DNA of 64,000 nucleotides, taken from positions 620,001-684,000 of the forward strand of contig OZ218952.1 in NCBI GenBank assembly GCA_965112735.1, given 5' to 3'. Source of the DNA: Phaeosaccion multiseriatum. Taxonomy: Eukaryota; Protista; Ochrophyta, other classes. The notes beneath the pieces are model-generated. The model saw nothing but the letters and a program-made list of their open reading frames with translations, was not told the origin of the DNA and did no database searches. The translations under genes and the position numbers were made by a program. Below, piece by piece: positions 33,813-43,403 of the stretch. The number at the start of each line of letters is the position of its first letter. Within the stretch, counting starts at the first letter, position 1.

Positions 33813-34345
33813 CCCACTCACTCACTCACTCACTCACTCACTCACTCACTCACTCACTCACTTACTCACTCACTCACTCACTCACTCACTCACTCACTCA
33901 CTCACTCACTCACTCACTCACTCACTCACTCACACACTCACTCACTCACTCACTCACTCACTCACTCATCCACCTACTCACTCACTCACTCACTCACTCA
34001 CTCACTCACTCACGAACGAACCCACTCACTCACTCACTCACTCACTCACTCACTCACTCACTCACTCACTCACTCACTCACTCACTCACTCATCCACCTA
34101 CTCACTCACTCACTCACTCACTCACTCACTCACTCACTCACTCACTCACTCACTCACTCACTCACTCACTCACTCACTCACTCACTCACTCACTCACTCA
34201 CTCACTCACTCACTCACTCACTCACTCACTCACTCACTCACTCACTCACTCACTCACTCACTCACTCACTCACTCACTCATTCGCTCACTCACTCACGAA
34301 CCCACTCACTCACTCACTCATCCACCCACTCACTCACTCACACAC
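33813..34345. repeat. (CACT)n microsatellite array, ~530 bp
   Basis: Directly visible; lies 3' of the histidine kinase gene. Confidence 0.97.
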
Positions 34346-34513
34346 ACTCACCACACACTTATTCACTCCCTCTGCCCCCCTCTCACTCATTCATTTTGCC
34401 CATATGTGCCAAGATAACAGTTGTATAAGCGTTAAATTGCTTGCATTATCGCTTCGCCTTAAAACTCCACCTCCTACTCGCATGAAGGTATGCACCCCCT
34501 GCGTGTGTAGGGC

Positions 34514-37348
34514 CTATATAATGGTATTCTTCAGCCCGCCGCCTTCGTCTTCTCGGCTGCGCGTGCTGCTCTCCTCTGCCCGTACCCGCGCCATGCTTTG
34601 CAGGTGGGTGGCCTGCTTCCTCGACTCGCAGAACTCTCTCTCCTTGTCCAAAAGCCAGCTGCGTTCGGGCGCTTGCAAAAGGTCCGCCATCTTCGCGACG
34701 AGGGTCTCTCGCCGCACAGGCTTGGTGGAGAATTCGTTTCCGCCCGCCTCCCTACACTCTCGCATGGCCTCCGTCGAGCAATCCGCAGTGAGGAAGATGA
34801 TGGGCGTGTCTTTGCAAGGGCCGTCGCCAGCTCTCAGCTCGCGAGCGGCGTCGACGCCGCCCATCACCGGCATGACCATGTCCAGCAGGATCAAAGAGAA
34901 GCGCTGCTGGCCGCAAGACTCCACCGCTGTAACGCCGGTGTCTGCACTCTCCACCAGCACACCCAGCGAGCCCAGCAGCTTACTCAGCACCATGCGATTG
35001 ATCTTGTTATCGTCCACCACTAGCACGCTGGGAGGACGAGGAGCTTCCCCCATGAGTCCCCTGTGAGCAGCAACTGCTCCTCCTTCTACTTCCCTCAGAG
35101 TTGCGCTAGTCCCCGACCCGTCGAATGTGTCCTCCGTGCTGGCTGGGATGAGTGCCTCTCCTTCCACTCGTACACCGCCATCTCTCGTGTACACTCGCCG
35201 ATGGGCCACCGTGGTAGCCTTGCGAAGCTTGCCTTCCACGTTGAAGGTGCAGTGAAACTTCGACCCCTTGCCCAACACCGACGAGCAGGTCACGTCTCCC
35301 CCCATGGCCCGAGCAAGGGCGACGGAGATGGCCAGCCCCAGGCCAGTGCCCTGCACGTTGATAGTTGCGCTGTCGTGCACCTGGACAAAGGGTTTGAACA
35401 GGCGCTCGACCGCGTCGGGTGCCATCCCGATGCCAGTGTCGCGCACAGTGAGGAGAATCATCACCTCCTCTGACTCGCCGCTCGTCTGTGTGGCGTCCAG
35501 AAAGAGATCGATGGAGCCGTGCCTTGTGAACTTCGTTGCGTTACTCATGAAATTGTTGAACAGCTGTCGGATCCGCACGTCGTCGCCAACCACGCGACCC
35601 CGTGGCACACTGCTCCCGATGGTGAGGCTCATGCTGGAGAGCGACGAGGTGCTACTTGTATGGAGGATGGTCCACGCGCTCTCCACCATCTCCACCGCGA
35701 GCGTGTCGAGGCGAAACGACCTCTTGCTAATCTCCATCTTGCCTGCCTCGATCTTGCTCATGTCGAGAATGTTGTTCACCAAGCTGAGCAAGGTGGAAGA
35801 GCACGAGTGTATCACGTTGACGTACGGCAGCACCGCGTCGGGAAGCTCGACGCTTTCCAGCAGTTGGGCCATTCCCACGATACCATTCATGGGCGTGCGA
35901 ATCTCGTGCGTAATGGAGCGGAGGAAGCGCGACTTGGCCAAAGAAGCCTCTCTTGCGGCCGCTGCTTCTTCCTTCATGGCCCTCTGGAGCAAGAAGTTGC
36001 GACGATCCCAGTAGCAGAGTAGCCCAAGCAGGACACCCCCCCCCGCCAGTACAACGTAATACTCCGCCCGAAGGCCTCGCTTCTCGAGGCGCCGCGGGGC
36101 AGTGCCCGTTTCCACATAGAACGACGCTTCGGGGTCGGAAGTTGCCTCGGAGCGAAAGATTGTCTTGGACGACACCACACCCGAGGCATCCGCAAATGGC
36201 ACCCCGTGGAGGCTCGCCTTCGTCTCATTGTCGCTCGCGAGAAAGCCAATGTCTATTTGAGTGCCAGGGTAGGAGGTTCGGAACTTTTGCAACGAGCTTT
36301 GCTCCAGAACACGCTCCGCCCTGATGAAAACTGCAAGCATCCCCGTAATGTCATCGCCTCCCCCCCCCCCGGAACCATCTGCTGCTGATGATGAGCTGCT
36401 GAGCACCGATGGGCCTCCTCTCACGGGCACTATTCTAGTGAAACTTGGTTCTCCCGTGTCGGACACAGCCAACGGTGCCGAGTAAGTGCTTTCTCCTGTG
36501 AGTGTGAGGCGCTCAATTGCTGCTCTTCGGGTGCTCTCGGAGAAAGCATCCAAGCCCAAGACATTGTCGGTGCGCGGTTCGAAGTAAAGGACTGGCCAAT
36601 AGTCCTGCCCCTCCGTGAGGTTTGCCCGAGGCACGAAACGTCCCGCAGACAACTCCTTGATATAAATGTCTAGACCGTAAAAAGCCGACGCCCCCATCTC
36701 GAACTCAGACCGAGCGTCCGCAGGCACTCTCTCAGCGTAGGCGAAGGTCTTTCCTTCCACCGTCGCTGGGGCGGTCAAATCAGAGAATTGGGCTGCAGAG
36801 ATGCCGCCGCCACCGCCCCACGTCTGCAGGGCCACGACGATGATTTCGGTCTCGACGTCTGAAGACTTGAGTTGGTTGAAGACTGTGGTCTGAAGGAAGG
36901 CAACGTCGGCTCTGTAGGCAGTCATCTCCTCTCTCTCCAGAGACTTGGCATACTCAAACGCGACGAAGTGGGTAGCCACTAATCCCACACTCAGGAGGAA
37001 GAAGAGGCGCAGGCGTCTCAACGCCTTCTCTGAGCTGAACAGCTGCTTGCACTTGCATCTCTCCTTGTTGCTGATCTCGCCAACTTGTCCTGCACTTTCC
37101 AATCTCTGCACCTCAGGCTCGTCAGCGTCACAATCATTCCCCCCCGCAGAGTGAACTGGCGATACTGTACTAGGTCTTCCCATCTTCCTCTCTCCTGATG
37201 GCACTACTACTACACCCCCAGCTTCTCCCATTGATCGTAACCTGTCCGCCTCCATCCCTCCTCCCTCCTGGGGCAGCACATTTGTGCTACTTTCATGGAG
37301 GGGCAGGCTACTGCTGCGGCGTCTTCCCCTGACAAACCTCCGAGGCAT
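34514..37348 (-). CDS. Membrane hybrid sensor histidine kinase TM-CHASE-TM-HisKA-HATPase-REC, ~944 aa, intronless
   Basis: First ATG at 37348. TM LRLFFLLSVGLVATHFVAF; CHASE-like YAERVP..R..FE...YWPVLYFEP...VLGLD..SE..RRAAI; H-box ITHEIRTPMNG; N-box RQLFNNFMSNATKFT; DTGIGM; GTGLGLAIS; REC VLVVDDN...LILLDMVMP...IIFLTA...KP. Confidence 0.95.
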   Translation of the reverse strand: MPRRFVRGRRRSSSLPLHESSTNVLPQEGGGMEADRLRSMGEAGGVVVVPSGERKMGRPSTVSPVHSAGGNDCDADEPEVQRLESAGQVGEISNKERCKCKQLFSSEKALRRLRLFFLLSVGLVATHFVAFEYAKSLEREEMTAYRADVAFLQTTVFNQLKSSDVETEIIVVALQTWGGGGGISAAQFSDLTAPATVEGKTFAYAERVPADARSEFEMGASAFYGLDIYIKELSAGRFVPRANLTEGQDYWPVLYFEPRTDNVLGLDAFSESTRRAAIERLTLTGESTYSAPLAVSDTGEPSFTRIVPVRGGPSVLSSSSSAADGSGGGGGDDITGMLAVFIRAERVLEQSSLQKFRTSYPGTQIDIGFLASDNETKASLHGVPFADASGVVSSKTIFRSEATSDPEASFYVETGTAPRRLEKRGLRAEYYVVLAGGGVLLGLLCYWDRRNFLLQRAMKEEAAAAREASLAKSRFLRSITHEIRTPMNGIVGMAQLLESVELPDAVLPYVNVIHSCSSTLLSLVNNILDMSKIEAGKMEISKRSFRLDTLAVEMVESAWTILHTSSTSSLSSMSLTIGSSVPRGRVVGDDVRIRQLFNNFMSNATKFTRHGSIDLFLDATQTSGESEEVMILLTVRDTGIGMAPDAVERLFKPFVQVHDSATINVQGTGLGLAISVALARAMGGDVTCSSVLGKGSKFHCTFNVEGKLRKATTVAHRRVYTRDGGVRVEGEALIPASTEDTFDGSGTSATLREVEGGAVAAHRGLMGEAPRPPSVLVVDDNKINRMVLSKLLGSLGVLVESADTGVTAVESCGQQRFSLILLDMVMPVMGGVDAARELRAGDGPCKDTPIIFLTADCSTEAMRECREAGGNEFSTKPVRRETLVAKMADLLQAPERSWLLDKEREFCESRKQATHLQSMARVRAEESSTRSREDEGGGLKNTII

Positions 37349-37470
37349 AGGCTGTCGGCTGTGTTGGCGCCCAGATTTACCTTTCAAGGGTCGGAGACAA
37401 CCGGTTCGAAGAAGCGTTCATAGAGGTGAAACTGAAACTGGCGTTACGATTTTTTTTTTTTTTTTTTTAT

Positions 37471-37946
37471 CGGCCCCATGCACGCCTAGCGGTTTTGCTC
37501 TAGGCCGCTAGGCCGCTCGGCCTTCCGCCAATCTAGGCCTAGGCCGGCGGCCTCCGGCCGCTCTAGGCCGCTCACTTTTCAGTCCTCGGCGGCCTATATA
37601 ACCCGCCTCTAGGCAGCCTCCCAGTGACCGTGGGCGCGTGCGTGGTGCCGCCCAGCCAGTGGGTAGCAGCACATCTGTAGGTCTGCACTCCTCGTAGGGC
37701 CAGCGAGGCGGAAGAGACAACACGAACCAAGTCTACTCCACTTCCAATCCCATGCGACTACTCTTTGCACTCTGGGCACTCCCATTCACCCACTAAGTTG
37801 GCTGGTGTCTGCCCTAGGCCGCGCGGGCCTCCGGTCCGCCTAGGCCGCCTAGGCGGCGGCATATAAATACGCCGAGGGCCTACGGCCCTCGCTAGGCCGG
37901 GCAATTTTCCCAAATAGGCCTAGGCCGCTAGGCGTGCATGGGGCTG
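37471..37946. mobile_element. MITE-like element, 476 bp, 22-bp TIRs, many CTAGGC/TAGGCC subterminal motifs
   Basis: CGGCCCCATGCACGCCTAGCGG (37471-37492) versus CCGCTAGGCGTGCATGGGGCTG (37925-37946), 21/22 inverted match. No TSD visible. Confidence 0.8.
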
Positions 37947-38442
37947 AAAGGGTGGGGAGGAAGGCACTTTGGACTATGGACGCAACAGATAATAAGGCAT
38001 GGGGAGAGATTCAAAAGAGAGAGAGTCGAGAAGTTGAGTGGAAGCAAGGGAACCTCCGCCCTGGCTGAGTGTTCAGACGCTGGTGCTCCTTTGGAGTTAT
38101 AGCCATGTACAGAAACACAGAAGCTTCGAAATGGATCCTATACTGAAAACTGAAGACTCTTCTCATCGTCGATCGGCGGGTAGCACCAAGTAGGATGTAG
38201 AGGGTTCTATCCACCTGAGAACCTTAGTCTGCAGGCCTGTCCCCCCCGATCCTCTGCTCTTCAAGGCCTTCCGCACACACCCACCCACACCCACACACAC
38301 AAACTCTCTCTCTCTCATGCACTCACGCACTCCCTCACTCACGCACACACGCTGCGCCTGCACAAAAGCACTCTGCTGCAGTGGCGATGGGACCGACACT
38401 TGCACATGCTTACGTTCCCCAGGTGTACCCAATATCAGGCAT

Positions 38443-39099
38443 CACTCACTCACTCACTCACTCACTCACTCACTCACTCACGCACTCACTCACTCACTCA
38501 CTCACTCCCACACTCACTCACTCACTCACTCACTCACTCACTCACTCACTTACTCACTCACTCACTCACTCACTCACTCACTCTCACTCACTCACTCACT
38601 CACTTACTAACTCACTCACTCACTAACTCACTCACTCACTCACTCACTCACTCACTCACTCACTCACTCACTCACTCACTCACTCACTCACTCACTCACT
38701 CACTCACTCACTCACTCACACACTCACTCACTCACTCACTCACTCACTCACTCACTCACTCACTCACTCACCCACTCACTCACTCACCCACTCACTCACT
38801 CACTCATTCACTCACTCACTCACTCACTCACTCACTCACTCACTCACTCACCCACTCACTCACTCACTCACTCCCTCACTCACTCATTCACTCACTCACT
38901 CACTCACTCACTCACTCACTCACTCACTCACTCACTCACTCACTCACTCACTCACTCACTCACTCACTCACTCACTCACTCACTCACTCACTCACTCACT
39001 CACTCATTCACTCACTCATTCACTCACTCACTCACTCACTCACTCACTCACTCACTCACTCACTCACTCACTCACTCACTCACTCACTCACTCACTCAC
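38443..39099. repeat. (CACT)n microsatellite array, ~660 bp
   Basis: Directly visible; preceded by TATCAGGCA like the first array, and lies 3' of the kinase pseudogene. Confidence 0.97.
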
Positions 39100-39289
39100 T
39101 TAACTCACCCACCCACCATCCCTCAGAGACATTCTCCCAATACTACTTCAAAAGTAGTTTACATTAAATCACATACAGTGCTTCGCCTCAGAACTCCACC
39201 TCCTATGAGAAGGTAGATACATCCGTACTAATGCTTACAGTTTCTGCCGTCGTGGGGTCTCCCTCGTCTCCTCTTCAGATGGACAGTCC

Positions 39290-40495
39290 TCTCAGCCCTC
39301 CGCCCTCCGCCCTCAGTCGCCTTCGTCTTCTCGGCTGCGCGTGCTGCTCTCCTCTGCCCTCATCCGCGCCATGCCTTGCAGGTGGGTGGCCTGCTTCCTC
39401 GACTCGCAGAACTCTCTCTCCTTGTCCAAAAGCCAGCTGCGTTCGGGCGGGGGCAAAAGGTCCGCCATCTTCTCGACGAGGGTCTCTCGCCGCACAGGCT
39501 GAGTGGAGAAGTTGTTGCTGCCCGCCTGCCTACACTCGACCCCTGACGTGCTACCGAGCGATTCTCGGAGGCATGTTACCGGGCCCTCCGGACCCGGTAG
39601 CACGCTACTGGCGACTGGCCGGTAGCAGGTTGCACGCCAGCTGACGCCGGCTGTAGCAGGTAGCAGCTAGCTCACGCCGGCGGCGGTGGGGGGGCTGATG
39701 GTTGGCCGGCCGGCCGGTCGGCCGGTAGCAAGTCAAGGCCGGCTGAGCCGGCGGTAGCACGTAGCAGGCCGGCTGGCACCGACGGTAGCGTGTAGCAGGT
39801 CAGGGGTCGACTGCACTCCCGCAGGGCCTCCGCCGAGCAATCCGCAGTGAGGAAGATGATGGGCGTGTCTTTGCAAGGGCCGTCACCAGCTCTCAGCTCT
39901 CGAGCGGCGTCGATGCCGTCCATCACCGGCATGACCATGTCCAGCAGGATCAAAGAGAAGCGCTGCTGGCCGCAAGACTCCAACGCTTTAACGCCGGTGT
40001 CTGCACTCTCCACCAGCACACCCAGCGAGCCCAGTAGCTTAATCAGCACCATGCGATTGACCTTGTTATCATCCACCACCAGCACGCTGGCTGGGAACAC
40101 GAGGAGCTTCCCCACTGCTGCCCCCCAGTCCACCATGAGGCTCCAGTGGGAAGCAGCTCCTCCTCCTTCTCGGTCCTTCCATCGCTCGGAGCGAGTCGCG
40201 CTCGTCCCCGAACCGTCGAAGGTGTGTGTCCTCGGTACTGGCTTGGATGAGTGCCTCTCCTTCCACTCGTACACCGTCATCTCTCGTGCACACCCGTCGA
40301 TGGGCCACCGTGGTGGTAGCCTTGCGAAGCTTGCCTTCCACGTTGAAGGTGCAGTCAGTGAAACTCCGACCCCTTCTTGCCCAACACCGACGACCAGTCC
40401 TTCCCCCCCCCCCCCCCCTTCGTTGGTAGTTGCACTGCTGTCAGCCATGCACCTGGACAAAGGGCTCAGCAGGTGTTCCGTCTCCTCTGTCATCC
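39290..40495 (-). pseudogene. 5'-truncated, frameshifted copy of the hybrid histidine kinase (end of HATPase plus REC)
   Basis: High nucleotide similarity to ~34530-35430; G2-box region deleted, frameshifts present, and a 275-bp insertion interrupts REC. Confidence 0.92.
39536..39810. mobile_element. MITE, 275 bp, TCGACCCCTGAC termini, 6-bp TSD
   Basis: TIR 18/19 (TCGACCCCTGACGTGCTAC / GTAGCAGGTCAGGGGTCGA); flanks CTACAC (39530-39535) and CTGCAC (39811-39816). The intact paralog has a single CTACAC at 34752-34757. Confidence 0.92.
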
Positions 40496-40687
40496 CTCCT
40501 CCCCGCCCTCGAGTTATTGCGGCAAATCTTCTACTTGAACTTTAACTTTGCCTTAAAGGGGGATCGGGGGGGCGAGGTAGTTGGTTCTGTAACGGCAATT
40601 CCCAATTGGCAACGACTAGATTTGAGCCCTCCCTCACCCTCTTTTTTTTTTTTTTTTTTTTTTTTTCCTTCCTTTTCTCCTGAACAA

Positions 40688-42720
40688 TGAGCTACGAACA
40701 ATGGAGCAACAGCAGCAAAATGCAACGCAGCAGCAGCAGGCGCAGCAGCAGCAGTAGTAGTAGTAGCGAAAGTTCGACGAGCAGCAGGGGGGTAGACTCG
40801 GCGATTGCAACGCCGCAAGCCTCGAAATGAGGGTTGGAGTCCGGGGGTGGAAGCGACAGCGAGAACAGCGGAGAAATGGAATCAGAAATGGGAGGGGACA
40901 GCGTGGCCGCAGCCGGGATCGAGAGGGCAGGTTAGAAGAGCCGATCAGTCGCCGCGGCCGTAGCATGAGCGAGGCCGGTGTAGAGAGACTGAACGCTGCT
41001 TACGAGCGCAAGGCATCTGATTCACCACATAGCGGGCGCAGGAGCAGGAGCAGGAGCAGCAGCAGCAGCAGGGGCAGGGGCAGGGGCAGGAGGAGGAGCT
41101 GGAGCGGCAGCAGGAGCAGCAGGAGGAGGAGCAAAGGCAGGAGCAGCCAGGGGCAAGGGCAGGGCTAGGAGCGGGGGAAGAAGAGTGGGAAGGTGGAGAC
41201 TCCAGAGCAACAGCATGAGCATTACAATTTCCGTCGCCGTCAAGAATAACACGAAGAGGGGGGAGGAGGGAGAGGCGAGACAACGTGAGATGGAACCTGA
41301 CGGCGAAGTGAAGGGGAGCTACTGGCAAATTTGGTGGTGGAGAGTAAGGTGGGTGGTGCTGGTGATCTAATGCGGGCCTCTGCCAAGGACAGCTCGGAAC
41401 TTAAATGCTCCCAGTTCTCAATTCTCTCTACTGCTGCCGGAGTCACAGAGAGCACTCTCCGCTTCGGAGTTCGGTACATTCAAGGGGTGGAAGAGTGCAG
41501 TGCTGGGGCAGGTCTTCTTGCCAGGCTGCGCGGCCAAGTACCATACCCGTCTCAGCGTGGAAGACAGCAGCGTCGGGGGAGGAGGCAATGATCAGACCAA
41601 GGTCATTGATAGCTCGTCGTTCGACCTCATGGTACGTCTTGTCCGTGCGTCTATCATAGAGTCCTATCTGTCCTTCGCTGATGTGGCCCTAGCGATTCCT
41701 GCACTATTGACGGCAGAAACAAGTGCTGACTTGGCTGTCCCTGTCCGCCCTGCTGCTGCGCTCTTCCTTGTAGATGAATACCTTTTACTCGATGAACAGG
41801 CCCGGCAGGAACGCAATTGCAATGCTGCGCTGGCACCTCGAGATTGTGCCTAGACCCCCTCCGATAGGAAATCGAACAAGTCTGCGCAGCACAGGCCAAA
41901 TCGTCGTCAACGCCGACATCTTGGCTCTCGCCCATAGCAGCGTGGTGGGGCAGCAACTCGTAGAGGGAGGGAGAGCACAAAGTGCCTCTGACGGGGAAGA
42001 CGACGAGGAAGAAGGCGAGGGAAAAGAGTGACACTGAGTCGTCAAGCGAGGGCACCGCTGGTGCCAAGCAGCTGCAGCCCAGAGTCGCTAAAGGGCAAGC
42101 AGCGTTTTCGTGATCTTCGCGACAAAGCGCTGATGGAGTGGAGGAAGCGCCATCCTTCACGAACGTCTAAATTTCGACCATGCGGGGAAGAAGGAACGCG
42201 GCAGAAGGGCTGTCGGTGGAGGTTGGGTTCAGTTGCAACGTGTGCGATTTCATTGGCCGGTCGCAGTGCCAAAACGCCAACCACATGATTACACCCGCTC
42301 TTCGCAGTACAAGGGGACGGACAAGGTGGACAAGGGGAAGCGGGAAGCCCCAAGGGCCACACCATCCATTGCCGACTTCTTCCTTTCGGCCGCAGCGCGG
42401 GCACCACTGAACTGAGTGGCGGAGGAGGGCAAGGGCGAAGATGAGTGGCCGCGCTCGTGCAGCGCAAGGAGTCTGCGCGATGCAGGGGACAGCCACAACC
42501 GACTTCAACAGCAGGAGGGGGGCGGGAACGGTGGCGCAGAGCGAGAGGGCGCGGCGGGGCTTGGAGGGGGGGAGACGGAGAGGAAGAAGGGTACCGAGCA
42601 GAAGAAGAAGGAAGGGTACAGCGGCGAGGAGCTGATGGGGGCGTGAGAGGGGCAGGGGGAGAAGGAGGGAGAGAAGCAGAGCGTGAAAGAGGGGGGTGAG
42701 GGGGCGAAGAAGTAGACTGA
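40688..42720 (+). pseudogene. Probable decayed coding sequence of unknown family with a zinc-finger-like remnant
   Basis: Chain of overlapping + strand ORF fragments with protein-like composition (41331, 41500, 41774, 42028, 42180) linked by frame changes without obvious introns; FSCNVCDFIGRSQCQNANHM. Confidence 0.4.
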
Positions 42721-42954
42721 GAGGACCGTGGAGATGTTGGGCACGTTGCTTAATGTTAGTTACGTAATGGCGCTGACGTCGCTGAATATGCAGACGAGCG
42801 AGACCAACAAAATGCACGCAGGGGGCGGTATGTTCGTCTCGTCTTCTCTACTGGACAACTCCACCTTGCCTGCAATGCAGAGGACCAACCGCCAGGGGAG
42901 GGGGGGTAGCGGTGCATTCGGGATAGCGACAACAAAGCCAACTACTACGAATAA

Positions 42955-43205
42955 AATTAGCGGTTGAGTGGCACTTTTGACGCTCTGTGATTTGAAGTTG
43001 ACGCCAGTTGACTCTGGCTTGACCACGATGGACTGCATTGGAACCCCCATTTGGCCCCCTCTGACCCATTGCTGGACCCACAGTGGGTCAAGGGGGGGTG
43101 TAGACGTGGTCAGACGTGTTCCAGAGGAAAAGTCAAATAGCGTCAAATATAATTTTAAGAATTAGATTTGTTTCTCTTTGCAAAAGTGCCACTCAACCGC
43201 TAATT
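42955..43205. mobile_element. MITE-like element, ~250 bp, perfect 25-bp inverted termini
   Basis: AATTAGCGGTTGAGTGGCACTTTTG (42955-42979) and CAAAAGTGCCACTCAACCGCTAATT (43181-43205). The outer AATT or TA may be the TSD. Confidence 0.88.
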
Positions 43206-43403
43206 GATCATCACTAATTGTAAAAGCTAACTAATGTACACAATTCAAAAATAAATATACAACACCCTAAGGAAATCGCACACACACACACACGCACACG
43301 CGGAAACTCACACAGTCGGCCTCTCGCTCCCGCGCCTTAACCCCTTGCGCTGTACTTGTTTACCCCTTGCGCTGAATCTGTTAAACCTCCCCGCATCGTG
43401 CAG

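Noticed and set aside
33770-39167. LTHS-repeat ORFs at 33770-34417 and 38400-39167
   Set aside because: Translations of (CACT)n arrays; also not a telomeric repeat I recognise.
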